DNA of 64,000 nucleotides from Bacteroidales bacterium (GTDB lineage: Bacteria > Bacteroidota > Bacteroidia > Bacteroidales > UBA4417). Under the pieces are notes generated by a model. The model ran no database searches. It worked only from the letters and a program-made list of their open reading frames with translations, and was not told where the DNA came from. A program made the translations under genes and the position numbers. The stretch spans positions 4,225 through 68,224 of the forward strand of contig JADJGZ010000014.1 in the NCBI GenBank assembly GCA_016707785.1, in the 5' to 3' direction. Shown piece by piece: positions 49,536 to 60,123 of this stretch (within the stretch, counting starts at the first letter, position 1; every line of letters begins with the position of its first letter).

Positions 49536-49793
49536 ATGCTGATAAATCCAAAATTAGTGTTCCTGTATCTATTTCTATTTTGTCTGGCAATAACTAGTTT
49601 GCAGGCACAGGAGCCTCCACATCCTCCTTCAGGAAATCATGGGCTACATGGTAATCAACCTGCTGGAGGTAATGCCAGAGTAGGAGATGGAATTGGAATA
49701 GTGATTGCATTTGCCTTAGCTTATAGCTATAGGAAACTTAATAGAACCAAAAAAAATAATACTTCGGAACAAGTAAATGAACCATCAGAATAA
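49536..49793 (+). CDS. Small exported/membrane protein (85 aa)
   Basis: Signal peptide ending SLQAQ, then a Pro/Gly/His-rich linker (EPPHPPSGNHGLHGNQPAGGN), one TM helix (GIGIVIAFALAYSY) and a basic tail (RKLNRTKKN). Confidence 0.45.
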   Translation: MLINPKLVFLYLFLFCLAITSLQAQEPPHPPSGNHGLHGNQPAGGNARVGDGIGIVIAFALAYSYRKLNRTKKNNTSEQVNEPSE

Positions 49794-49977
49794 AATCTTG
49801 CCGATTTATCAGATTTTTGATTTCTAAAGGCTGTATGTTGCTTAAAAACACTTGATCAAAGCTTGAAACCTGTTTGGATAATAAACTTATCTTTTTAACT
49901 TTGGATGCCCTGAGGAAACTACCTTACTAAAATGCAACTTCGTTTACTCCGACCCGTTGAGGTCTTACATATTTTTT

Positions 49978-50012
49978 CACCTTGACCGGAGATTTCTTAC
50001 CTGGTCAAGGTG
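49978..50012 (+). other. Hairpin upstream of giant gene A (terminator or 5' regulatory structure)
   Basis: 10-bp stem CACCTTGACC / GGTCAAGGTG with a 15-nt loop, followed by TATTATTTTTA. That tail contains a one-mismatch promoter box, TAttTTTA. Confidence 0.4.
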
Positions 50013-50096
50013 TATTATTTTTATCTGAATGGTATGCCAGATTTGATTACAAAATAACCAACCCACAATACATAAGTAACTAATAATTAAGATTAT

Positions 50097-53000
50097 ATGA
50101 AGTTTTTTTGTACGCTTGCATTACTCTTCTTACTTGGTAGTTTCATTAATCCTCTCCGAGCCCAGGATATTCCAATTCATCCAACTCATATGGGCACCGG
50201 CACTTTTCTTGGAGAAACAAAACCACTTAGAGATTTACCAGTTCTGACGCCTGAAGAAGTTCAGTTTTTGAAAGAGAAGGCATTAAAAAAGGCCGCTAAT
50301 AAGAAAATTAAGCCCAGGGAGTATCCATTTGCAGAAACTGCTCTTCCAAATGGAGCGGATGAAGCCTGGCAAAAAACGATGGGTTCAACAGGTGGGAGTA
50401 AAGCTCCAATCGTCAATTTTGAAGGTCAGTCAACTTCATCCTTCCCTCCTGATTGCAATGGCGCGGTGGGCCCAAGTCACTATATGCAGACTGTGAATGT
50501 AACCTATTCAATTTATAACAAGACTGGTACTTTACTTGCCGGCCCCACAGCTTTAAATACGCTGTTCACTGGTGTTCCGGGAGCCACAGTAAATGATGGA
50601 GATCCGATTGTGCTTTATGATGAGATGGCGGATCGCTGGTTAGTGGCTGAGTTTACAATGAATCTATCTAACGATTATATGTTAGTTGCTGTATCTGCTA
50701 CCAATGACCCTACTGGCACATGGTACAAGTACTCTTTTGATGTTACCAATGATCCTGATTACCCTAAGTTTGGTGTTTGGCAGGATGGCTATTATATGGG
50801 TATCAACAGTACAGCCGGAAATGATATTTATGTGTTTGAAAGATCTAAAATGCTTCAGGGACTTACAGCCCAGATGGTAGGATTTGATAATGCATGGCGT
50901 CCCGGAACGGGATTTTTATGCGTACCACCTTTGGATAACGATGGAATTGCTGCTCCAGCCGGTGCTCCGGGTACTTTCATTGCTTTTAACGATGATGCAG
51001 TAGCCGGAGGGTCAGATCAGCTATGGATTTATGAGTTAAATGCCAACTGGACAACACCGGCATCTTCAACATTTTCAAGGGTACAACAGTTAGCTGTTAC
51101 AACATTTGATAGCCAGTTTACCGCCTCATGGGATGATATTGCTCAGCCAACCAGTCAAAAACTTGATGGTGTACCACAGGTTATAATGAATGCTCCACAA
51201 TACAGAAATTTTGGGAGTTATCAAACCATTGTTTGTTGTCATACAGTAGATGTAGATGCGACAAATCATGCAGGTATCCGCTGGTATGAGCTTAGAAGAG
51301 GCACGCAGACTTCCGGCAACTGGGCTGTTCGGCAGCAGGGGACTTATGCACCTGATGCTAATTCCCGTTGGATGGGCAGCATTATGCTGAATAATAGTGG
51401 GAAGATCGGACTTGGATATTCAATTTCCAGTTCTACGGTATATCCTGGAATCAGATACTGCGGGCAATCATCAAGTGCTTACGCAGCTGCTTCAGGAGTG
51501 CTTGATTTACCTGAAACAGTGATTCATAGTGGAACAGTTGCACAAACTACTTACAACCGCTGGGGAGATTATGCTCTCTTATCTGTTGACCCTCTTGATA
51601 ATGAAACTTTCTGGTTTACATCTGAATACGTGAAAACAGGAGGCACAACCAAAGGGACAAAAATTGCATCTTTCAAATTTGGGAATGCCCCGGCTGTTAC
51701 TACTCTAGCTGCCACTGCTATAACTTCCACTTCCGCAACACTTAATGGAACTGTTAATCCGTCAGGTTTGGCTACAACTTATTACTTCCAGTATGGAACT
51801 ACAACAAGTTATGGAAGTGTTACTTCAACCATTTCCGCCGGTTCTGGTACATCTGCAGTTACAGTAAGTGCAAATATTTCAGGATTAATCACTGGTCAGA
51901 CCTATCATTTCAGACTGGTTGCCACTAATACAGATGGTACTTCCAATGGAAGTGATCTTACTTTTGTACCTGGAGGAGCCATACTCACCACTACAGCAGT
52001 CAGTTCAATTACAATGTCAACTGCCGTTTCCGGTGGTACAATTACCACTGATGGAGGTTCAGCTATCACTGCCAGAGGTGTTTGCTGGTCAACCACTGCA
52101 AGTCCGGTAGCAACAGGATTACATACAACTGATGGTTCCGGAACTGGTACGTTTTCCAGTAGTATTACCGGATTGTCATCCAATACCACATACCATGTCC
52201 GTGCATATGCAACTAATGCCAATGGTACATTCTATGGACAGGATATTACTTTTGCTACATCATGCGGTATTATTACCTCTTTTCCCTGGAATGAGGGATT
52301 TGAAAATGCAGGTTCTATTCCATCTTGCTGGTCACAGGAATATGTTGGCAGTTCTGTATTAAACTGGGTATTTATTACTGGAAATGGAACAGGATATCCT
52401 GCAACTGCACATGGAGGTACCTATGATGCCTGTTTAAAAGATAATACTACAACCGCCAATATAACCAAGTTGGTCACTCCCCCACTCAATTTAACTGGTG
52501 TAAGCACTCCTCAACTCAAATTCTGGCATACCCAGGCTTTATGGAGTCCGGATCAGGATATTCTGACTGTTTATTACAAAACCAGTGTTGGAGGAACATG
52601 GACACAACTAGCCACTTATACAACCAGCGTAACTACCTGGACTGAGAGGACAATTGTCCTGCCTAATCCATCCAGTAGTTATTATATTGCTTTCGAGGGA
52701 AATGCCCTGTATGGCAGGGGTGTATGCGTGGATGATGTTTCGGTTTCAAGCCAATGTGTAACCACGTATCCTGTAAGTGTTGCAATTAGTGCTTCTGCTA
52801 ATCCCTCTTGTTCCGGGGTTGCTGTTAATTTTACAGCAGTGCCGACCAATGGAGGTACTACCCCGGCATATCAATGGAAAGTTAATGGCGTAAATGCAGG
52901 AACGAATAGTGCAACTTTCTCATATTCTCCTGTGAATGCTGATGTAGTGACCTGTGTATTAACCTCTAACCTGGCATGTGCAACAGGTAGTCCGGCTACC

Positions 53001-53216
53001 TCAAATTCTATCACAATGTCAGTAAGTGCTTCTGTTGCAGCATCTGTTAGTGTTTCTCCTTCAGCTAACCCGGTATGTGCCGGCACTTCAGTGACATACA
53101 CAGCGGTTCCTGCAAATGGCGGCACAACGCCTGTTTACCAGTGGAAAGTGAATGGCGTAAATGCAGGGACGAACAGTTCCACTTATGCATTCGTTCCATC
53201 AAATGGAAATGGGTAA
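50097..53216 (+). CDS. Giant secreted modular protein A, segment 1 of 3 (signal peptide, ~530-aa unknown head, two FN3-like modules, a MAM/cleaved-adhesin-like module, first Ig-like repeats)
   Basis: Signal peptide [23 protein letters not shown]. Modules were recognised by eye. The frame is lost in a degenerate repeat at about 53211. Confidence 0.8.
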   Translation: MKFFCTLALLFLLGSFINPLRAQDIPIHPTHMGTGTFLGETKPLRDLPVLTPEEVQFLKEKALKKAANKKIKPREYPFAETALPNGADEAWQKTMGSTGGSKAPIVNFEGQSTSSFPPDCNGAVGPSHYMQTVNVTYSIYNKTGTLLAGPTALNTLFTGVPGATVNDGDPIVLYDEMADRWLVAEFTMNLSNDYMLVAVSATNDPTGTWYKYSFDVTNDPDYPKFGVWQDGYYMGINSTAGNDIYVFERSKMLQGLTAQMVGFDNAWRPGTGFLCVPPLDNDGIAAPAGAPGTFIAFNDDAVAGGSDQLWIYELNANWTTPASSTFSRVQQLAVTTFDSQFTASWDDIAQPTSQKLDGVPQVIMNAPQYRNFGSYQTIVCCHTVDVDATNHAGIRWYELRRGTQTSGNWAVRQQGTYAPDANSRWMGSIMLNNSGKIGLGYSISSSTVYPGIRYCGQSSSAYAAASGVLDLPETVIHSGTVAQTTYNRWGDYALLSVDPLDNETFWFTSEYVKTGGTTKGTKIASFKFGNAPAVTTLAATAITSTSATLNGTVNPSGLATTYYFQYGTTTSYGSVTSTISAGSGTSAVTVSANISGLITGQTYHFRLVATNTDGTSNGSDLTFVPGGAILTTTAVSSITMSTAVSGGTITTDGGSAITARGVCWSTTASPVATGLHTTDGSGTGTFSSSITGLSSNTTYHVRAYATNANGTFYGQDITFATSCGIITSFPWNEGFENAGSIPSCWSQEYVGSSVLNWVFITGNGTGYPATAHGGTYDACLKDNTTTANITKLVTPPLNLTGVSTPQLKFWHTQALWSPDQDILTVYYKTSVGGTWTQLATYTTSVTTWTERTIVLPNPSSSYYIAFEGNALYGRGVCVDDVSVSSQCVTTYPVSVAISASANPSCSGVAVNFTAVPTNGGTTPAYQWKVNGVNAGTNSATFSYSPVNADVVTCVLTSNLACATGSPATSNSITMSVSASVAASVSVSPSANPVCAGTSVTYTAVPANGGTTPVYQWKVNGVNAGTNSSTYAFVPSNGNG

Positions 53217-56035
53217 CGCGACTGGCAGTCCGACACTCAAGAACGAGAGTGAATCCAACTGTAACCGCATCTGTGGCAATATCACACAATCCAGTGTGTG
53301 CAGGCACTTCAGTTACATACACTGCAACCCCAACCAATGGCGGCACAACGCCTGTTTACCAGTGGAAAGTGAATGGCGTAAATGCAGGAGAAAGTTCAGC
53401 ACTGTTCCATCAAATGGAAATGTGGTAACCTGTGTGATGACCAGCAATGCCACATGCGTGACTGGCAGTCCTGCCACTTCCAACAGTGTAACGATGACAG
53501 TGAATCCAACTGTAACCGCATCTGTGGCAATATCAGCATCAGCAAATCCAGTGTGTGCAGGCACTTCAGTCACTTTCACAGCCGTTCCCACCAATGGGGG
53601 CACAACTCCTTCATATCAGTGGAAGGTGAATGGCGTGAATGCCGGCACCAACAGTCCGAACTATTCTCATACTCCGGCAAATAATGATGTTGTAACTTGT
53701 GTAATGACATCCAATGCCAGTTGTGTGATCGGTAGTCCTGCAACTTCAAGTGGGATAACCATGACCGTGAATCCGCTTGTCACTGCTTCCGTCAGTATTT
53801 CAGCTTCGGCAAACCCAATCTGTGCAGGCCTTAGTTACTCGAGTCGGCCGGGTGCGCGCGCCTTTTCCAGCCCCTCGCTGCGTTGTGTTTGCGGCTGTGG
53901 TGTTGTCCTGTGGTCGCCTCAGTCCTGTTTCACCCCAGTGTCCTGTAGTGCAGGCACTTCAGTTACATTCACAGCAGTCCCCACAAATGAAGGCACAACT
54001 CCTGTCTATCAATGGAAGGTGAATGGCAACAATGCAGGAACCAATAGTGCAACATTCAATTATGTTCCAGCCAATAACGACCTGGTTACCTGCGAACTAA
54101 CATCAAATGCAGTTTGTGTTTCCGGCAGCCCGGCAACCTCCAATAGCATTGTAATGAGTGTTGATCCTGTGGTAACAGCCTCAGTCCTGATTTCACCCTC
54201 AGTGAATCCTGTATGTGCAGGCACTTCAGTTACATTCACAGCAGTCCCCACAAATGAAGGCACAACTCCTGTCTATCAATGGAAGGTGAATGGTAATAAT
54301 GCTGGAACCAATAGCGCAACATTTAATTATGTTCCAGCTAACAACGACCTGGTTACCTGCGAACTCACATCAAATGCAGTTTGTGTTTCCGGCAGCCCGG
54401 CAACCTCCAATAGCATTGTAATGAGTGTTGATCCTGTGGTAACAGCCTCAGTCCTGATTTCACCCTCAGTGAATCCGGTATGTGCAGGCACTTCAGTTAC
54501 ATTCACAGCAGTCCCCACAAATGAAGGTACAACTCCTGCTTATCAATGGAAGGTGAATGGCAACAATGCAGGAACCAATAGTGCAACATTCAATTATGTT
54601 CCAGCCAATAACGACCTGGTTACCTGCGAACTAACATCAAATGCAGTTTGTGTGAATGGCAGCCCGGCAACATCGAATAGCATTGTAATGAGTGTTGATC
54701 CTTTGGTAACAGCCTCAGTCCTGATTTCACCCTCAGTGAATCCTGTATGTGCAGGCACTTCAGTTACATTCACAGCAGTACCCACAAATGAAGGCACAAC
54801 TCCTGTCTATCAATGGAAGGTGAATGGCAATAATGCAGGAACCAATAGTGCAACATTCAATTATGTTCCAGCCAATAACGACCTGGTTACCTGTGAACTA
54901 ACATCAAATGCTGTTTGTGTTTCCGGCAGCCCGGCAACCTCCAATAGCATTGTGATGAGTGTTGATCCAGTGGTAACAGCCTCAGTCCTGATTTCACCCT
55001 CAGTGAATCCGGTATGTGCAGGCACTTCAGTTACATTCACAGCAGTACCCACAAATGAAGGTACAACTCCTGTCTATCAATGGAAGGTGAATGGCAATAA
55101 TGCGGGAACCAATAGTGCAACATTTAATTATGTTCCAGCCAATAACGACCTGGTTACCTGCGAACTCACCTCAAATGCAGTTTGTGTTTCCGGCAGCCCG
55201 GCAACGTCGAATAGCATTGTAATGAGTGTTGATCCTGTGGTAACAGCCTCAGTCCTGATTTCACCCTCAGTAAATCCGGTATGTGCAGGCTTCAGTTACA
55301 TTCACAGCAGTCCCCACAAATGCAGGCACAACTCCTGTCTATCTATGGAAGGTGAATGGCAACAATGCAGGAACCAATAGTTCGACATTCAATTATGTGC
55401 CTGCCAATAACGACCTGGTTACCTGTGAATTAACTTCAAATGCAGTTTGTGTGAATGGCAGCCCGGCGACCTCCAATAGCATTGCAATGAGTGTTGATCC
55501 AGTGGTAACAGCCTCAGTCCTGATTTCACCCTCAGTGAATCCTGTATGTGCAGGCACTTCAGTTACATTCACAGCAGTACCCACAAATGAAGGCACAACT
55601 CCTGTTTATCAATGGAAGGTAAATGACAATAATGAAGGAACCAATAGTTCAACATTCAATTATGTTCCAGCCAACAACGACCTGGTTACCTGTGAATTAA
55701 CATCAAATGCAGTTTGTGTTTCCGGCAGCCCGGCAACATCGAATAGCATTGTAATGAATGTTGATCCGTTATTAACTGTTAGTGTCAGTATCAATGCTTC
55801 CTCTAACCCTGTATTAGCTGGTACAGAAGTAAGCTTTACAGCCATCGGAGTAAATCAGGGATCCAACCCGGTTTATCAGTGGAAGGTGAATGGTTTGGCT
55901 GTGGGAATAAATGCAACAATGTATTCCTATGTTCCGAATAATGGGGATATCATCTTATGTGAACTTACCTCAGATGCTTTATGTGCAACAGGCAATCCGG
56001 CAGTATCTGAACCGGTGGTTATGGGAGTAGATCCC
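52773..56035 (+). repeat. 12 tandem 267-bp (89-aa) Ig/PKD-like coding repeats of gene A (types A, B and C)
   Basis: Unit: [88 protein letters not shown]. The type-B copies are near-identical at the nucleotide level. Confidence 0.9.
53161..55380 (+). CDS. Giant protein A, segment 2 of 3 (Ig-like repeats 3-10)
   Basis: Genuine repeat coding in this frame starts at about 53400; the earlier part of the track ORF is out of frame. Repeat sequence at 53255-53390 is in the third frame (track ORF 53075..53428). Contains an aberrant 126-nt block at 53830-53955. Confidence 0.7.
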   Translation: MQGRTVPLMHSFHQMEMGNATGSPTLKNESESNCNRICGNITQSSVCRHFSYIHCNPNQWRHNACLPVESEWRKCRRKFSTVPSNGNVVTCVMTSNATCVTGSPATSNSVTMTVNPTVTASVAISASANPVCAGTSVTFTAVPTNGGTTPSYQWKVNGVNAGTNSPNYSHTPANNDVVTCVMTSNASCVIGSPATSSGITMTVNPLVTASVSISASANPICAGLSYSSRPGARAFSSPSLRCVCGCGVVLWSPQSCFTPVSCSAGTSVTFTAVPTNEGTTPVYQWKVNGNNAGTNSATFNYVPANNDLVTCELTSNAVCVSGSPATSNSIVMSVDPVVTASVLISPSVNPVCAGTSVTFTAVPTNEGTTPVYQWKVNGNNAGTNSATFNYVPANNDLVTCELTSNAVCVSGSPATSNSIVMSVDPVVTASVLISPSVNPVCAGTSVTFTAVPTNEGTTPAYQWKVNGNNAGTNSATFNYVPANNDLVTCELTSNAVCVNGSPATSNSIVMSVDPLVTASVLISPSVNPVCAGTSVTFTAVPTNEGTTPVYQWKVNGNNAGTNSATFNYVPANNDLVTCELTSNAVCVSGSPATSNSIVMSVDPVVTASVLISPSVNPVCAGTSVTFTAVPTNEGTTPVYQWKVNGNNAGTNSATFNYVPANNDLVTCELTSNAVCVSGSPATSNSIVMSVDPVVTASVLISPSVNPVCAGFSYIHSSPHKCRHNSCLSMEGEWQQCRNQ

Positions 56036-56869
56036 CTTGCATTATCAGTCAATCCTCCAAGTCAGTCGGTGGGTCCATCAGCCGGAACAATTCAATACAC
56101 TGTAACCTCAAATACATCCTGGACTGTTGAAAGTGATCAGCCATGGTGTTTAGTAAGTCCTGCAGGAAGTGGCAATGGATTGGTGACAGTGAATTATGAT
56201 GCGAATACATCAGGTTTGAGCAGGAGTGCAGTGATTACTGTAACAGTAATTGGTTTACCTGCAGTCAGTGTTTCCTTAGTACAGGATGCTGAAACTACAA
56301 AGCAGCTCAACTTGAGTGTATTACTGGAAGGTTTGTATAATGGTGTTTCTCTTAATAAGGCACAAAATGCAAGCGGATCGCAATTCCCTGGTTCTGTGGC
56401 CGACCGGATCATTGTTGAATTACATGAATCTGTATCGCCTTATTCCATAGTAGGAGGGCCTTATGAAGTGGATATTCAAACCGATGGTACAGCTCAGGTT
56501 ACAATACCTTCTATGTTAGGATCATCCTATTACCTGATTGTTAAGCACAGGAATAGTTTGGAGACCTGGTCAATGAATCCTGTTTCATTCAGTGGCGCAA
56601 CAATCAGCTATGATTTTAGCAGTTCTGCAAGTCAGGCAATGGGAGGAAATATGAAATCGGTGGCCGGGAAATTTGTTGTGTATTCAGGTGATATTGATCA
56701 GGATGGGCAGATTGATTCAGATGATATGATCCTGATGAATACGGAGGCTGAAAATTTCATCTCAGGATATGTAGTATCTGATTTGAATGGAGATGGATTG
56801 ATTGATGCCGGTGATATGATCCTTTTGGATAATAATGCAGCAATTCTGGTTGTAAAGGTTACTCCTTAA
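55283..56869 (+). CDS. Giant protein A, segment 3 of 3 (repeats 10-12, BACON-like module, ~130-aa beta-rich module, dockerin-type double EF-hand)
   Basis: The frame changes at a 2-nt deletion (gcaggc/ttcag, 55290). BACON-like: TVTSNTSWTVESDQPWCLVSPAGSGNG...SRSAVITVT. C-terminus: DIDQDGQIDSDD...DLNGDGLIDAGD. Confidence 0.8.
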   Translation: MQASVTFTAVPTNAGTTPVYLWKVNGNNAGTNSSTFNYVPANNDLVTCELTSNAVCVNGSPATSNSIAMSVDPVVTASVLISPSVNPVCAGTSVTFTAVPTNEGTTPVYQWKVNDNNEGTNSSTFNYVPANNDLVTCELTSNAVCVSGSPATSNSIVMNVDPLLTVSVSINASSNPVLAGTEVSFTAIGVNQGSNPVYQWKVNGLAVGINATMYSYVPNNGDIILCELTSDALCATGNPAVSEPVVMGVDPLALSVNPPSQSVGPSAGTIQYTVTSNTSWTVESDQPWCLVSPAGSGNGLVTVNYDANTSGLSRSAVITVTVIGLPAVSVSLVQDAETTKQLNLSVLLEGLYNGVSLNKAQNASGSQFPGSVADRIIVELHESVSPYSIVGGPYEVDIQTDGTAQVTIPSMLGSSYYLIVKHRNSLETWSMNPVSFSGATISYDFSSSASQAMGGNMKSVAGKFVVYSGDIDQDGQIDSDDMILMNTEAENFISGYVVSDLNGDGLIDAGDMILLDNNAAILVVKVTP

Positions 56870-56896
56870 CTACCTGTTTGCCCTTATAATATAGAG

Positions 56897-56935
56897 TTCC
56901 GGGGAATTTCACATTCCCCGGAATACTGCTTTTCT
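56897..56935 (+). terminator. Terminator after gene A
   Basis: 11-bp stem TTCCGGGGAAT / ATTCCCCGGAA followed by a T-rich tail. Confidence 0.6.
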
Positions 56936-57057
56936 GATGATTCTTTGAACGCACACACTAGAATGCCAAGAATTCAAATGAAGTTTGCAGAGCAATTAAA
57001 TGATCATTGTTTAATGCTTAAGCAACCAAAAAAACTCTGAACAACAAAAGAAATACT

Positions 57058-60000
57058 ATGAATTTAATTTCTAAGTCCCTGACACTTGTTTTATGTTTTG
57101 TCTCAGTTTTGGTTTATTCTCAAACCAAAGATCAAACAGAAAACTTGAAAAGCATTGCTGAAAAGGCAAAAGACTCATATTTGCTCAATAGGGCTGCTGC
57201 TGAAAAAACAGCAATTCAAAAAGGATGGCCGATTAAGGCAGAAGTGGATGGGTCACTTATTGAAATTCAACATCTTAATGAAAGAGGAATTCCACAATAT
57301 TATAAAACTGATAATTCGAATGCGGCAGCAACAATTTCGACCAATAAAGTATATTCAGGTGGTGGTGCCGGTTTAAGTTTGACCGGATCCGGAATAATAG
57401 TAAGAGAATGGGATGGTGGAAGTGTTTTGAATACACATCAGGAATTTGGCACACGGGTTACAGTGGTAGATGCAGTTGCTACTCATTATCATGCAACCCA
57501 TGTAGCTGGAACTATTATGGCCTCAGGTGTGGTTGCTAATGCAAAAGGAATGGCCTATGAAGCCGGGCTTCGATCCTTTGACTGGAATACTGATGTTACA
57601 GAAATGGCAACAGAAGGTGCTGCTGGTGCATTAATCAGTAACCATTCCTATGGTTATATAAGAGGTTGGTATAGCGGTACCTGGTATGGTGACCCTGCAA
57701 TTAGTACTACTGAAGATTATCTGTTTGGATTTTATGACTCATATACGCAACAGTGGGATCAGATAGCCTATAATGCTCCGAATTTCCTAATCTGTAAATC
57801 AGCAGGAAATGACAGGGGGGATTCAGGTAGTGGTTACCCTGCTGATGGACCCTATGATTGTATTGGTCAACAAGGCGTCGCAAAAAATATTCTTACTGTA
57901 GGTGCTGTTGACGATATTCCCGGAGGTTATACAACACCAGCTGGTGTATCTCAAACCAATACCTACTTTAGTTCATGGGGCCCGGCTGATGACGGTCGTA
58001 TTAAGCCTGATATTGTTGCCAACGGGTACTCATTGTATTCTACTTATAATACCAATAATACCAGCTATTCGAGTTTAAGCGGGACATCCATGTCAACTCC
58101 CTCTGCTTCCGGATCTCTGGCTTTACTTCAACAACATAGGTTTGCCCTGACCGGATCTTATTTGAAAGCAGCTACTTTAAAAGCTGTGGTGATTCATACT
58201 GCTGACGAAGCTGGTGCCAATACAGGCCCTGACTATAATTATGGTTGGGGATTGATGAATACAAAGAATGCAGCCCTTAAGATTTCTTCTGATCAAACTG
58301 TTGATGTTATCAGTGAATTGACGCTCAATAATGGTGCTACATATACAAGAAATATTATTGCTTCTGGCACTGAACCGATAAAGGTGACTATTGTCTGGAC
58401 TGATCCTGCCGGTACTCCTCCGGCTGCAGCTCTGGATCCAATTACTCCTATGCTGGTGAATGACCTGGATCTCCGACTCAGTTATTCATCAAATACCTAC
58501 TATCCCTGGAAATTGAACCGCGATACTCCAACTGCCGCTGCTACCAATTCAACAGAAAATAATGTGGATAATGTAGAAGTGGTATATATAGCAAGTCCTG
58601 TTGCTGGTGCCACCTATACTATTACAGTGGATCATGATGGCTCCTTAACCGGAGGTTCACAGGCCTATTCCGTAGTTATTAGCGGAATTCTTGCCACAGT
58701 TGCACCTGTAGCTGATTTTTCTGCCAGTACAACAACACCAGCTGTGAATGCCCAGGTAAACTTTACTGATATTTCATCCAATGTCCCTACAAGTTGGGCA
58801 TGGAGTTTCAATCCGGCTACAGTAACCTATCTGAATGGGACAACTTCAGCTTCTCAAAATCCACAAGTGAAGTTTACTGCTGCGGGCTCTTACTCTGTAA
58901 CGCTTACTGCAACTAATGCATATGGGAGTGATGGTGAAACTAAAACTAATTATATTAATGTAACTAATTGTACTTTTAATAGCTTGCCTTTTATTCAAAA
59001 TTTTGATGCAACCACACTACCTACTTGCTGGTCGCAAATTGACAATATAGGTAATGGACAGATATGGCAATTCGGAACCATTACCGGCTATACACCATTG
59101 CCTTCCCTAAATGGTAATTATGCTTATCTGAATTCAGATGCCTATGGAAGTGGGAGCAGTCAAAATGCTGACCTGATTACGCCTACTCTTGATTTAACTA
59201 ATTATACAGGAGTAAATCTGACATTTAGCTATTATTTTAGATCTTATACTGGTTCTTCTGGAAACCTGTTTTATAGTATCAATAATGGAGTAACCTGGAC
59301 ATCGTTACTATCGGTTTCTGCAACATCTTCGAATCCAACAGTGTTCAACCAGACAATTGCAGCTCTGGCAGGTCAATCGCAGGTGAAATTTAAATGGAAT
59401 TATACAGGTAGTTATGGCTATTATTGGGCAATAGACAATGTTTCTGTAACTGGAACAGTTGCAGCTATTCCAACAGTTACCACTACTGCTGCCTCAGCAA
59501 TTACCACATCTTCAGCTACTGCAGGAGGAAATGTAACAGCAACTGGCGGCTCATCAGTTACAGCCAGGGGTGTTTGTTGGTCAACATCTATTGATCCTGT
59601 TGCTTCAGGTAATCACACTACTGATGGGAGCGGAACCGGTGCATTTACAAGTTCTATAACTGGTTTATCAGCTAACTCCCTCTATTATGTAAGAGCCTAC
59701 GCGACCAATAGCAGTGGTACAGCTTATGGAATTAACCAGACATTTACAACCTGTGCTGCAATGTTACCTGCTTCTGTAAGTATCAGCGCATCTGTTAATC
59801 CTGTTTGTGCTGGTACTTCTGTCACTTTTACAGCCGTTCCCACCAATGGGGGTACAACTCCTTCATATCAGTGGAAAGTGAATGGGGTGAATGCTGGGAC
59901 GAACAGTTCCACCTATGCATTCGTTCCATCAAATGGAAATGTGGTAACCTGTGTGATGACCAGCAATGCCACATGCGTGACTGGCAGTCCTGCCACTTCC

Positions 60001-60123
60001 AACAGTGTAACGATGACAGTGAATCCACCGCATCTGTTGCAGTTCGGTATCCAGTGTGTGCAGACCGCACTTTCACAGCCGTTCCCACCAATGGGGTGCA
60101 ACTCCATTCATATCGGGAAGTGA
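57058..60123 (+). CDS. Giant secreted subtilase B, segment 1 of 2 (S8 peptidase, P-domain-like, PKD, MAM/cleaved-adhesin-like, FN3-like, first Ig-like repeat)
   Basis: Signal peptide, then the S8 motifs VREWDGG (Asp region), HATHVAGTI (His), NHSYG (Asn) and SGTSMSTPSASG (Ser). P-domain-like: TIVWTDPAG...LVNDLDLRL. PKD: ADFSAS...SYSVTLTATNAYG. The frame is lost at about 60030. Confidence 0.85.
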   Translation: MNLISKSLTLVLCFVSVLVYSQTKDQTENLKSIAEKAKDSYLLNRAAAEKTAIQKGWPIKAEVDGSLIEIQHLNERGIPQYYKTDNSNAAATISTNKVYSGGGAGLSLTGSGIIVREWDGGSVLNTHQEFGTRVTVVDAVATHYHATHVAGTIMASGVVANAKGMAYEAGLRSFDWNTDVTEMATEGAAGALISNHSYGYIRGWYSGTWYGDPAISTTEDYLFGFYDSYTQQWDQIAYNAPNFLICKSAGNDRGDSGSGYPADGPYDCIGQQGVAKNILTVGAVDDIPGGYTTPAGVSQTNTYFSSWGPADDGRIKPDIVANGYSLYSTYNTNNTSYSSLSGTSMSTPSASGSLALLQQHRFALTGSYLKAATLKAVVIHTADEAGANTGPDYNYGWGLMNTKNAALKISSDQTVDVISELTLNNGATYTRNIIASGTEPIKVTIVWTDPAGTPPAAALDPITPMLVNDLDLRLSYSSNTYYPWKLNRDTPTAAATNSTENNVDNVEVVYIASPVAGATYTITVDHDGSLTGGSQAYSVVISGILATVAPVADFSASTTTPAVNAQVNFTDISSNVPTSWAWSFNPATVTYLNGTTSASQNPQVKFTAAGSYSVTLTATNAYGSDGETKTNYINVTNCTFNSLPFIQNFDATTLPTCWSQIDNIGNGQIWQFGTITGYTPLPSLNGNYAYLNSDAYGSGSSQNADLITPTLDLTNYTGVNLTFSYYFRSYTGSSGNLFYSINNGVTWTSLLSVSATSSNPTVFNQTIAALAGQSQVKFKWNYTGSYGYYWAIDNVSVTGTVAAIPTVTTTAASAITTSSATAGGNVTATGGSSVTARGVCWSTSIDPVASGNHTTDGSGTGAFTSSITGLSANSLYYVRAYATNSSGTAYGINQTFTTCAAMLPASVSISASVNPVCAGTSVTFTAVPTNGGTTPSYQWKVNGVNAGTNSSTYAFVPSNGNVVTCVMTSNATCVTGSPATSNSVTMTVNPPHLLQFGIQCVQTALSQPFPPMGCNSIHIGK

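Noticed and set aside
56500-56869. T9SS C-terminal sorting domain at the ends of the giant proteins (also 62600-62972)
   Set aside because: By eye the last ~60 aa are two EF-hand/dockerin-type loops, not the beta-sandwich CTD pattern. This is only a visual judgement and should be tested with the TIGR04183/TIGR04131 HMMs.
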